DNA from: Dehalococcoidia bacterium | GTDB taxonomy: Bacteria; Chloroflexota; Dehalococcoidia; Lucifugimonadales; QGNO01 | NCBI GenBank assembly: GCA_963667055.2 | Contig: OY762956.1 | Coordinates: forward strand, 1,459,490 to 1,523,489 | Reading direction: 5' to 3' | DNA length: 64,000 nucleotides | Shown here: positions 52,805-63,214 of the stretch, piece after piece | Layout: each line of letters starts with the position of its first letter | Position numbering within the stretch: the first letter of the stretch is position 1 | Translations under genes and position numbers: made by a program | The notes under the pieces: generated by a model | The model's database searches: none | Told to the model about the DNA's origin: nothing | Seen by the model: the letters and a program-made list of their open reading frames with translations, nothing else

Positions 52805-52833
52805 TTGACGGCGCAAAGCGCCCTTGCTATATT
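52805..52833 (+). promoter_or_regulatory. Near-consensus sigma-70 promoter upstream of the 23S rRNA (TTGACG-17-TATATT)
   Basis: ttgacg at 52805-52810, a 17-nt spacer, and tatatt at 52828-52833. About 170 nt upstream of the mature 23S 5' end. Confidence 0.55.
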
Positions 52834-52914
52834 AGGTGTACAGGTTGAAAAAGGGAGTAAGCTTTTTGGCAAAACTCAATACCTGATAGCGGAATTAAAG
52901 CCAGAGAAACCGAG

Positions 52915-52949
52915 GCGGCAGCCTAGGGCAACCTGGCTGCCGCGTTTTT
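52915..52949 (+). terminator. Terminator-like GC hairpin + T5 inside the 23S leader (possible boxB-like or attenuator element)
   Basis: gcggcagcc-(11-nt loop)-ggctgccgc forms 9 perfect bp, followed by gTTTTT. A boxA-like gctttttggcaaa lies at 52861-52873. Confidence 0.45.
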
Positions 52950-53005
52950 GTACCTTAAAAAAAGAATAGGGAATAGAAGAAAGGTTCTGTCCGGGTCTTT
53001 ATGTG

Positions 53006-56008
<3,003 letters not shown>

Positions 56009-56056
56009 CACATATAGCCTCTGACAGAACGTTTCTCTTTCCCTATTTTCGACCAT

Positions 56057-56131
56057 CGCGGGGTGGAGCAGTGGCAGCTCGTCGGGCTCATAACCCGAAG
56101 GTCGCAGGTTCGAGTCCTGCCCCCGCTACCA
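56057..56131 (+). tRNA. Initiator tRNA-fMet (anticodon CAU), CCA encoded
   Basis: CGCGGGG-TG-GAGC-AGTGGCA-GCTC-G-TCGGG-CTCATAA-CCCGA-AGGTC-GCAGG-TTCGAGT-CCTGC-CCCCGCT-A-CCA. It has a 1:72 mismatch (C:U) and three G:C pairs closing the anticodon stem, and is very similar to E. coli tRNA-fMet. Confidence 0.9.
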
Positions 56132-56144
56132 GGAACAACGAGAC

Positions 56145-56180
56145 AAGCTCTCCTCAAATTTGAGGAGAGCTTCACTTATT
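56145..56180 (+). terminator. Rho-independent terminator candidate after 23S-tRNA-fMet
   Basis: Perfect 14-bp inverted repeat aagctctcctcaaa/tttgaggagagctt, followed by cacttattt (a weak T-tract). Confidence 0.55.
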
Positions 56181-56197
56181 TAGAGGAGGTGCCGTAT

Positions 56198-56908
56198 ATG
56201 GATAGACTGTACTCAGACGATCCAGCTGTGAGAGAAAGAGATGCCGCAAAGTACCGCGTATTCCACAAGAAGGTCTCTATACCTTCAAGATGGAAGGGCG
56301 ATTGGAACTGTCTGCTGAATAGCAGAGATGCCAATGACGGATTGAAATGGCCCGAAAGCTTGTTGCGAATCCTGAGGACTCGTAAGTGGCCTGAGTATAC
56401 TTTTGGCACCGCAAACGCGTCGTGCCTTGTAGTATTAAATAGACCAGGTGACCCTAGTGCAAACAGTGTAGAGGAAACCTTCATTCCGCCCAATCTGCCG
56501 GTTTTGGGAGGGATACCACATCCTCATAATGCCTTCTGGTATCCCAGCTACAATAACAAGCCAACTTGGGGTTCATTGCATAGATACCTAGTGCCGGCCT
56601 TTGCTAGGCTCAAGCATCCTTGGAGTCAAGTAATGACGACAAACCTCACAACAACTCCCGCGCGGACTGGTACAACAGATAGCTGGGCGAATTTGCGAGC
56701 GGTGAACAGTGGATTACTTCAGTTCTTGGTGAATCTTTGCCAACCGCGGGTTGTCTTGCTGTGCGGCGACCCGGTGCAGAAGGCCGCAGTCAACTGGAGT
56801 CCACCCGCAAGTGTTGAAGTAGTGAGATGCCAACATCCATCATATCAGCATTGGAGTGGAGACGGACCGCGGGTGCAGGCAACTATTAAGAAGATTCTTT
56901 TTCGGTAG
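56198..56908 (+). CDS. Hypothetical protein with uracil-DNA-glycosylase-superfamily-like motifs
   Basis: ATG 56198 after GAGGAGG. CLVVLNRPGDPS (motif-A-like), MTTNLTTTP, VVLLCGDPV, and RCQHPSYQHW (HPS motif-B-like). The ORF-track start at 56063 lies inside the tRNA and is rejected. Lower GC than the bulk. Confidence 0.4.
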   Translation: MDRLYSDDPAVRERDAAKYRVFHKKVSIPSRWKGDWNCLLNSRDANDGLKWPESLLRILRTRKWPEYTFGTANASCLVVLNRPGDPSANSVEETFIPPNLPVLGGIPHPHNAFWYPSYNNKPTWGSLHRYLVPAFARLKHPWSQVMTTNLTTTPARTGTTDSWANLRAVNSGLLQFLVNLCQPRVVLLCGDPVQKAAVNWSPPASVEVVRCQHPSYQHWSGDGPRVQATIKKILFR

Positions 56909-56927
56909 TGGATCAGGTCTACCGACT

Positions 56928-57506
56928 CTAGCACCTGAGACCCATGCGGCCCGGCAGATTGCGGCGCTTCAGAATCTCCCGCGCTTTGGAGTGGGAGAAC
57001 CAGACCATCTTTCCGGTTATGGAGTCGTAGGCGTGTAGGTCCAGCTCGGTGAAGAACTTCATGTAGAACAGCCCGGCGGCCCGCAACGACATATCCGATT
57101 GCTGGGCCACGGCCAGCTTGGCGAAGCTGTCGCCGGCGCCCATGATGGCCTGCGCCGTTTCCGCATCGTGCTCTTCGTAGGTGCAGACGGCGAGCAGCAT
57201 TTCGGCAAGGCTGTCCTGCCCGGCCAGCCACTTCCAGTAGTCCTCCAGGGCGGCTGTTTGCCCGTCCTGCCTGTGAGCGTGGCAGAGGAGGAAGATGCAG
57301 TTGGCCTGCTGGCCGCGCAGTAGAGGCGCAAGCTCCTTCGGCCTGTCGATGCGCGCGGCGCCTCCGCCAACCAGGTCGACCTCCTTCCTTACCAGCACGT
57401 TGCTTATGCGGTCGCAGAACTCCGATTCCCAGCCCAGCACGTTCCGCGATCCGTCCACGACAAGGAGCCGAGGCTTGCCCGGTATGGTGATCTGACTCCA
57501 GAACAT
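56928..57506 (-). CDS. Hypothetical 192-aa protein, minimal CHAT/caspase-like fold suggested
   Basis: Strand-His CIFLLCH(A)H, strand-Cys LLAVCTYEE, then IMGAGDSFAKLAVAQQSDMSLRAAGLFYMKFFTEL. This resembles the CHAT C-terminal 'aGa..vva..w.v.d..a..f...FY..L' pattern. Assignment is by eye only. Confidence 0.3.
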   Translation of the reverse strand: MFWSQITIPGKPRLLVVDGSRNVLGWESEFCDRISNVLVRKEVDLVGGGAARIDRPKELAPLLRGQQANCIFLLCHAHRQDGQTAALEDYWKWLAGQDSLAEMLLAVCTYEEHDAETAQAIMGAGDSFAKLAVAQQSDMSLRAAGLFYMKFFTELDLHAYDSITGKMVWFSHSKAREILKRRNLPGRMGLRC

Positions 57507-57516
57507 CGCGCCGCCT

Positions 57517-57705
57517 CTAGCCAGTGGCCGAGGCCAGGGTTTTGGCTATTCCCATGGCGTCCTCTTCAGTGAGGAAGTAGTCCAGCTTGGTGGTGACGCC
57601 CAGTTTCTGAAGCGTGACCACCAGCCGGAAGGGGCGCTCCGCCCTGTCGGTGTCCTCTATCTCCAGGGTCTTGCTTTCATTGGACGTGGTGAATAGGTTG
57701 GTCAT
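57517..57705 (-). CDS. Hypothetical 62-aa protein, translationally adjacent upstream partner of the 192-aa gene
   Basis: MTNLFTTSNESKTLEIEDTDRAERPFRLVVTLQKLGVTTKLDYFLTEEDAMGIAKTLASATG. There is a 10-nt gap containing GAGGCGG before the next ATG. Confidence 0.4.
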   Translation of the reverse strand: MTNLFTTSNESKTLEIEDTDRAERPFRLVVTLQKLGVTTKLDYFLTEEDAMGIAKTLASATG

Positions 57706-57806
57706 GTATCGCTCCGTTGCCCTGATTTCCTGTAATGATTTGCAGTCTTGACCGATGGGTCTGGCTCATGCAACAATTGCGGTTGCGATAATGATACCAT
57801 AACTTG

Positions 57807-58046
57807 ATGGACAGGGCACTAGCTCAAATAAGGCGGAACCCCCGCAACGTCCGATTTGACGACCTGCGCAAGATTTGCGATCGGTACTTCGGGGTACCGC
57901 GGCAAAGCGGCAGCCATTTAGTGTATCAGACGCCCTGGCCGGACGAACCGGTTGTGAACATTCAGTCCAAGAGAGGCATGGCAAAGGCGTACCAGGTTCG
58001 CCAGGTGCTCAAGGCAATCGACAAGCTGGAGGAGATGCATGGCTAA
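57807..58046 (+). CDS. hicA: HicA-like mRNA interferase toxin
   Basis: ..RFDDLRKICDRYFGVPRQSGSHLVYQTPWPDEPVVNIQSKRGMAKAYQVRQVLKAI. It overlaps the downstream antitoxin gene by 8 nt. Confidence 0.6.
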   Translation: MDRALAQIRRNPRNVRFDDLRKICDRYFGVPRQSGSHLVYQTPWPDEPVVNIQSKRGMAKAYQVRQVLKAIDKLEEMHG

Positions 58047-58374
58047 CATTGCAGACCGCTATACGTATAGGGTCTTTTGGTCGGAGGAGGACGGGGAATA
58101 CGTTGGGCTGTGCGCCGAGTTCAGTTTGCTCAGCCACTTGGACGATACGCCGGAGAAGGCGTTCGCGGGCATCCGCGACCTGGCGGCCTTCTCCGTGCGG
58201 TTGCTGCGTGAGCAAGGCAAGCCAGCGCCGGAGCCTCTATCTACACGACGCTACAGCGGCACCCTCACCCTTCGCATCCCTCCGGATACCCATCGCGCCC
58301 TGGCCATGGATGCTGCCGAAGCGGGCGTGAGCATGAACCGCTTGGCCGCCGAGCGACTGTCGCTGCGGCGCTAG
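58039..58374 (+). CDS. hicB: HicB-family antitoxin
   Basis: YTYRVFWSEEDGEYVGLCAEFSLLSHLDDTPEKAFAGI......YSGTLTLRIPPDTHRALAMDAAEAGVSMNRLAAERL (RHH-type C-terminus). Confidence 0.75.
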   Translation: MANIADRYTYRVFWSEEDGEYVGLCAEFSLLSHLDDTPEKAFAGIRDLAAFSVRLLREQGKPAPEPLSTRRYSGTLTLRIPPDTHRALAMDAAEAGVSMNRLAAERLSLRR

Positions 58375-58383
58375 ACATCTCGC

Positions 58384-59784
58384 CTAATCTGTGGCGGGGT
58401 GCCGCGTATGCCAGTCCGTCAGCGATTGATACGCCCTCGCCGCGGCAAGTACGGAGTTCTCCTCATAAGCTCGCCCTAAGAACTGGATGCCGGTGGGCAG
58501 GCCCCGCGCGCCGAAGCCGTTGGGCACGGCTACGGAGGGCAAACCGGCCACGTTGCCCACTGAGCCCAGGATGTCGCGGGAGAGGCCGGATATGGCGACG
58601 CGTATGGGCTGGTCTACGGGGGTCGCCACGTGGTTGCGCGGCGTCCCCACAACGGCGTCGTACTTTGAGAGCAACTCATCGGCGGCGCGGCAGATCCGGG
58701 TGCGGATGCGCAGGGCGCGCAGATAGTCGGTGGCGGGCACGGCCAGCCTGGAGTAGGCCGAGAACTTGGTCTCGTCGCCCGAAAGCCGGGACGTCTCGCC
58801 GCTGTCAAAGAAGTCCTCGAAGATGCTGGCGGACTCGGCGTTGAGGATGGTGCGGGTCACCGCCTCGTAGGGCATGTCGGGGAACTCCACCTCCTCTATG
58901 TCGGCCATTTTCTCCAACACCTTGAGCGATTGCTGGAAGTTGGCCTTGACCTCCTCTTCCGCACTGTCGACCATGCCCTTGAGGACGCCCAGCTTGAACC
59001 TGCGCGTCGCGGCACCCTCCGCATCGTACGAATACGGCCTGTCGCTGGTAGTTGGGTCGTTGGGGTCATGGCCGGCGATGGCGTCCAGCACCAGGCCGCA
59101 GTCGTCGGCGGTGAGGCACATTGGGCCCAGCTTGTCCAGCGTCCAGGAGAGCGCCATGGCGCCGTACCGGCTCACCCTGCCATAGGTGGGACGCAGCCCG
59201 GCGATGCCGCAGTTGTGGGCGGGGAGCAGGATCGACCCCCAGGTCTCGGAGCCGATGGCGAACGGAACCAGCCCGGCGGCCACGGCTGCGCCGGAACCGC
59301 TGGACGAACCGCCCGTCCAGGAATCCTTGTCGCCCCAGGGGGTGATGGCCGCCCCGGTGGCCGACGCCGACGGGTATGTATATCCCATGCCGCCCGCCAG
59401 TTCCACCATGGCCAGCTTGGCGACGAGGACTGCGCCGGCGGCGTCCAGCTTCCGCACGATGGTGGCGTCGTAGTCGAAGGTCTGGTCCTGGAACGGCACC
59501 GCGCCCCAGGTGGTGGGGGCGCCCCCCGCCGTGGCGACGAGGTCCTTCAAGCCGTAGGGGATGCCGTGCAGCGGGCCTCTGTACTCGCCGGAAGCTATCT
59601 CCCTTTCGGCCTGCTTGGCCTGCTTAAGGGCGCGCTCCCGCGTCACGGCGACCAGCGCATTATACCGCGGGCCCTCGCTTCCCAGCTTGTCCAGGAAGAA
59701 CCCGGCCAACTCCACCGGGGACACCTGTTTGGAGCGGAGGAGGCCGCCAAGCTCGCGTACGGAGAGGAATTGCAGATCTGTCAT
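58384..59784 (-). CDS. Amidase-signature enzyme (GatA/AtzE-like)
   Basis: ATG 59784 (MTDLQFLSVRELGGLLRSKQVSP..) after GGAGGG. GIPYGLKDL, and the Gly/Ser-rich GGSSSGSGAAVAAGLVPFAIGSETWGSI. The longer ORF-track N-terminus is rejected. Confidence 0.85.
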   Translation of the reverse strand: MTDLQFLSVRELGGLLRSKQVSPVELAGFFLDKLGSEGPRYNALVAVTRERALKQAKQAEREIASGEYRGPLHGIPYGLKDLVATAGGAPTTWGAVPFQDQTFDYDATIVRKLDAAGAVLVAKLAMVELAGGMGYTYPSASATGAAITPWGDKDSWTGGSSSGSGAAVAAGLVPFAIGSETWGSILLPAHNCGIAGLRPTYGRVSRYGAMALSWTLDKLGPMCLTADDCGLVLDAIAGHDPNDPTTSDRPYSYDAEGAATRRFKLGVLKGMVDSAEEEVKANFQQSLKVLEKMADIEEVEFPDMPYEAVTRTILNAESASIFEDFFDSGETSRLSGDETKFSAYSRLAVPATDYLRALRIRTRICRAADELLSKYDAVVGTPRNHVATPVDQPIRVAISGLSRDILGSVGNVAGLPSVAVPNGFGARGLPTGIQFLGRAYEENSVLAAARAYQSLTDWHTRHPATD

Positions 59785-59786
59785 GG

Positions 59787-59999
59787 CTAGCCCTCCTTCC
59801 TGTAGGGCTGGAACAGGGACGGCGGCTCGTCGCTGTAGTCCAACCGGAACTTCTTTAGAGCCAGCGATAAGTCCACGCCTGCCTCCGCGCCCTTCGCCAC
59901 CTCGTCCATCTGCTCGGCGTTGAGCTGATTGCCGAAACGGCGCTTCAACATGGCGGAGCGCTCCTCTATCTGGGCGTTGCGTGCTTCGTCGTCGTTCAT
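59787..59999 (-). CDS. Small GatC/AtzG-like (DUF4089-like) partner of the amidase
   Basis: 70 aa, ending ..LALKKFRLDYSDEPPSLFQPYRKEG. Its stop lies 2 nt from the amidase ATG. Family call is tentative. Confidence 0.45.
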   Translation of the reverse strand: MNDDEARNAQIEERSAMLKRRFGNQLNAEQMDEVAKGAEAGVDLSLALKKFRLDYSDEPPSLFQPYRKEG

Positions 60000-60122
60000 A
60001 GCGCCTCCTGCTTGGAAATGGGGTTTCGCCCATTCTATTGTCGAATATGCTCCATGTCACGCTACAAGCTCCCCCGGATTGCGCTATAATCACGGATTGT
60101 GAGCGCCATAGGAGAGTTGCAG

Positions 60123-60926
60123 ATGGACATAGGCATAGTCGGAGCGGGAAGCATAGGGCGGAAGGTGGCGATGGACTTGGAAGCGGGCAAAGCGCCGGGC
60201 CTCAGGGTTACGGCGTTGAGCAGCCGCACCGAGGAGAAGGCGCGCGAGCTTGCCGCACTGCTCGATTCCCGTCCGCCGGTGGTACCGCTGCACGAGGCGC
60301 CGGCCCTTTGCGACGTGGTGTTGGAGGCGGCGGGCGCACATGTCGTAGAAGAGATTGTGACCACGTCTTTGGAGGCCGGGAAGTCCGTGGTGGTGGTGAG
60401 CTGCGGCGCTCTGCTGGGTCGTGACGACCTGTTCGAGCTGGCAAGGAGGAATGGCGCGCGCATCCATGTGCCCTCGGGGGCTATCATTGGACTGGACGGC
60501 CTGCTGGCCGCTTCGGAAGGGCGGATAGACAGCATCACAATGATCACGCGCAAGCCGCCGGAAGGACTGAAAGGCTCGCCGGGGGTGGAGATGGCGGGCA
60601 TAGACCTCGACGCGCTCACGGAGGCAATCGAGGTATTCGAGGGGCCTGTGAGCGAGGGATTCAAGCGCTTTCCGGCCAACGTGAACGTGGCGGCAGCGGT
60701 GAGCATGGCCGGTATCGGCCCTGACAAAACGCGCATCCGCGTAATTGCCGATCCGGCGGTAACGCGCAACACCCACGACGTTGTGGCGGAAGGCGAATTC
60801 GGCAAACTCCAGTTCCACATAGAGAACATCCCCTCCGACGACAACCCAAGGACGGGACGGCTCACCGCGCTGTCGGTGCTGGCCTACTTGAAGCAGATGG
60901 CGTCGCCTCTGAACATAGGGATATGA
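60123..60926 (+). CDS. nadX: L-aspartate dehydrogenase family protein
   Basis: MDIGIVGAGSIGRKV..; C-terminal domain PANVNVAAAVSMAGIGPDKTRIRVIADPAVTRNTHDVVAEGEFGKLQFHIENIPS..NPRT. Confidence 0.7.
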   Translation: MDIGIVGAGSIGRKVAMDLEAGKAPGLRVTALSSRTEEKARELAALLDSRPPVVPLHEAPALCDVVLEAAGAHVVEEIVTTSLEAGKSVVVVSCGALLGRDDLFELARRNGARIHVPSGAIIGLDGLLAASEGRIDSITMITRKPPEGLKGSPGVEMAGIDLDALTEAIEVFEGPVSEGFKRFPANVNVAAAVSMAGIGPDKTRIRVIADPAVTRNTHDVVAEGEFGKLQFHIENIPSDDNPRTGRLTALSVLAYLKQMASPLNIGI

Positions 60927-60953
60927 GCGGCGGTTTCGTAGAGGGAGGACGCT

Positions 60954-62288
60954 ATGTTTGACGCGCTTACCGACAAGCTAACCGCCGTATTAGGGCGGCT
61001 CACCAACCGGGGGCGTCTCACCGAAAAGGACGTGGACGAAGCCCTCCGCGAAGTCCGCGTTGCTCTGCTTGAAGCGGACGTCAACTTCCGAGTGGCCCGC
61101 GAGCTGGTGGGGCGCATTAGAGAACGCGCCTTGGATACCAACGTCCTGCAAAGCCTGAGCCCGGGGCAGCAGGTGGTCACCTTCGTGTATGAGGAGCTAG
61201 TCGCTATCCTGGGAGAGGGCCATCGCGGCCTTCAGGCCTCGCCGCAAGCGCCGTCGGTGACTCTCATGGTGGGACTGCAGGGCTCAGGGAAGACCACCAC
61301 CGCCGCGAAGCTGAGCATGTATCTGAGGCGGCAAGGACGCCGTTCCTTGCTGGTGGCCGCCGACCTGAGACGGCCCGCCGCCATTCAGCAACTGGCCGCG
61401 CTGGGCCGCCAGTTGGACGTGCCCGTGTACCATGAAGACCCGCTGACATCCACGGCTGAAGGCGTGGCGCGACGCGGCTTGGAACATGCCGGAAGCCTCG
61501 GCGTGGCCTGGGTGATAATCGACACCGGAGGGCGTCTCCATGTCGACGACGAGCTGATGGAGGAACTGGAACGGGTGAAGGCCGCCGTCAGTCCCAGCGA
61601 GTCGCTTCTGGTGGTGGACGCCATGACCGGACAGGACGCGGTGAACGCCGCCGTCGAGTTCCACCAGCGCATTGGCCTGACCGGACATGTCCTCTCCAAG
61701 CTGGATGGCGACGCCAGGGGCGGCGCGGCGCTTTCCATCGCCCACGTCACCGGGGTGCCCGTCAAGTTCATCGGCACCGGCGAGCGCAGCGACGCGCTGG
61801 AGCCGTTTCACCCGGACCGCATGGCGTCGCGCATCATAGGCATGGGCGACGTGGCGACCCTTGTGGAAAAGGCGCAGGCCGAAATCACGGAGGAACGGGC
61901 CAAAGAGTTGGAAAAGAAGATGCGCCGCGCCACCTTCGACTTGGAGGACTTCTTGGAGCAGCTACAGCAGTTGAGGCGGATGGGGCCGCTCTCAGGCATC
62001 ATGGAGATGATCCCCGGGTTTTCCAGCCTCTCCAAGCGGCTCCCCACGGACGCCATGGACGAAGGCAAGCTGAAAAAGGTGGAGGCCATCGTCTTTTCCA
62101 TGACGCCGCAGGAACGCCGCAGCCCCGACGTGCTGAACGGCAGCAGGAAGCGCCGTATCGCGAAGGGGAGCGGCACGGAGCCGAGGGACGTGAATCAACT
62201 GCTGAACCAGTTCAAGCAGACGCAGAAGCTGATGAAGCAGATGGCGTCGGGCCGCGTCCCGCGCGGCCTTTCGGGCCTGATGCGCTAG
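60954..62288 (+). CDS. ffh: Signal recognition particle protein Ffh
   Basis: MFDALTDKLTAVLGRL, then GLQGSGKTTTAAKL, DTGGRLH, KLDGDARGGAALS, and an M-domain GMGD...LRRMGPLSGIMEMIPG. Confidence 0.95.
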   Translation: MFDALTDKLTAVLGRLTNRGRLTEKDVDEALREVRVALLEADVNFRVARELVGRIRERALDTNVLQSLSPGQQVVTFVYEELVAILGEGHRGLQASPQAPSVTLMVGLQGSGKTTTAAKLSMYLRRQGRRSLLVAADLRRPAAIQQLAALGRQLDVPVYHEDPLTSTAEGVARRGLEHAGSLGVAWVIIDTGGRLHVDDELMEELERVKAAVSPSESLLVVDAMTGQDAVNAAVEFHQRIGLTGHVLSKLDGDARGGAALSIAHVTGVPVKFIGTGERSDALEPFHPDRMASRIIGMGDVATLVEKAQAEITEERAKELEKKMRRATFDLEDFLEQLQQLRRMGPLSGIMEMIPGFSSLSKRLPTDAMDEGKLKKVEAIVFSMTPQERRSPDVLNGSRKRRIAKGSGTEPRDVNQLLNQFKQTQKLMKQMASGRVPRGLSGLMR

Positions 62289-63207
62289 GGAGGGCCGTTC
62301 TCTGATGCCGCAGGTTTGCAAATAGGTAGATGGTGGCTAGTCCCGCGTATCCGGGCCACCGTTCTTGGGCAAAGGCCGCCGCCTCCTTCTCGCCTATCCG
62401 TCTGCCGTCCAGGTAGTTCTCCGAGATTGCCCTTTGCAGAGCCAGGTCTCCAGCGGGAAATGCGTCCATGCGACCCAGAGAGCCGATGAGTAGCCACTGC
62501 ACCGTCCAAGGTCCTATGCCGCGCAACTGCACCAACTCGTGGAGCACTTCTTCGTTGTCCAGGCGCTCAAGCCGTCGGATGTCGAGAAAGCCCTCCATCT
62601 CTCTGGCCGCGATTTCCAGCACGTACTCCGCCTTTCTGTTACTGAGGCCCAGGGAGCGCAACACTTCCTGCCCGCAGGCAAGGAACGACTCCGCTTTGGG
62701 GAAGAGATGGAACGCCGTTCCGTTGAAGCTGAGGGGAGTGCCCAGCGCTTCTATGATCCTACCGCGGATGGCTCTTGCCGCCGCCCCGGAGATTTGCTGC
62801 CCCATTATTGCCAGCACCAGCGATTGGAATAGGGAGCCGTTCTTAGGAGGATGCAGGCCGCGAAAGACGCGGACGGCCTGAGAGAGGACGGGGTCGTCCT
62901 TGACGGTGCGGTAGAAGGGGCGCAGGTCGAAATCCGTATTCAGGGCAAAAGCTATATCTCCGGCTATGGCCGCGCCATCGACACCGTGCGGTGCGTCGCC
63001 AGAGATCGATACGGAAAGTTGCGGTGCGCTCACGGAGCCGGTGGAGGTCACTTCCACCAGGACGAGAGTTCCCTCGCCGTCGTGCACGCTCAGGTATTTG
63101 CCGTCCAGGTACGCCTCGGCGCTGAACCGCTCATGGGGGGAGGTGCGGTGCTCCACGGTCAGGCGCAGGTCGAAGGGCGGAACGGGCTTTATGATTAGCT
63201 GAGTCAC
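62212..63207 (-). CDS. alkA: DNA-3-methyladenine glycosylase II / HhH-GPD family (AlkA-like)
   Basis: LFQSLVLAIMGQQISGAAARAI, and LRGIGPWTVQWLLIGSLGRMDAFPAGDLAL (HhH-GPD with catalytic Asp). GTG start after GGAGAA. The low-complexity tail overlaps the ffh 3' end by 77 nt. Confidence 0.8.
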   Translation of the reverse strand: MTQLIIKPVPPFDLRLTVEHRTSPHERFSAEAYLDGKYLSVHDGEGTLVLVEVTSTGSVSAPQLSVSISGDAPHGVDGAAIAGDIAFALNTDFDLRPFYRTVKDDPVLSQAVRVFRGLHPPKNGSLFQSLVLAIMGQQISGAAARAIRGRIIEALGTPLSFNGTAFHLFPKAESFLACGQEVLRSLGLSNRKAEYVLEIAAREMEGFLDIRRLERLDNEEVLHELVQLRGIGPWTVQWLLIGSLGRMDAFPAGDLALQRAISENYLDGRRIGEKEAAAFAQERWPGYAGLATIYLFANLRHQRTALPSASGPKGRAGRGPTPSASSASASA

Positions 63208-63214
63208 GGTTCTC

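Noticed and set aside
56063-56197. The ORF-track start of the UDG-like gene at 56063.
   Set aside because: It would translate through tRNA-fMet and the terminator hairpin. ATG 56198 has a GAGGAGG ribosome-binding site.
56900-58400. A direct repeat of the tRNA-fMet 3' end marking an island boundary (attR), or an integrase gene.
   Set aside because: Reading by eye, I found no match of 12 nt or more to ggttcgagtcctgcccccgctacca, and no recombinase. The island interpretation therefore rests only on composition and gene content.
60062-60865. Minus-strand ORFs of 242-267 aa antisense to nadX.
   Set aside because: High-GC antisense shadow ORFs, whereas nadX shows clear family motifs on the plus strand.
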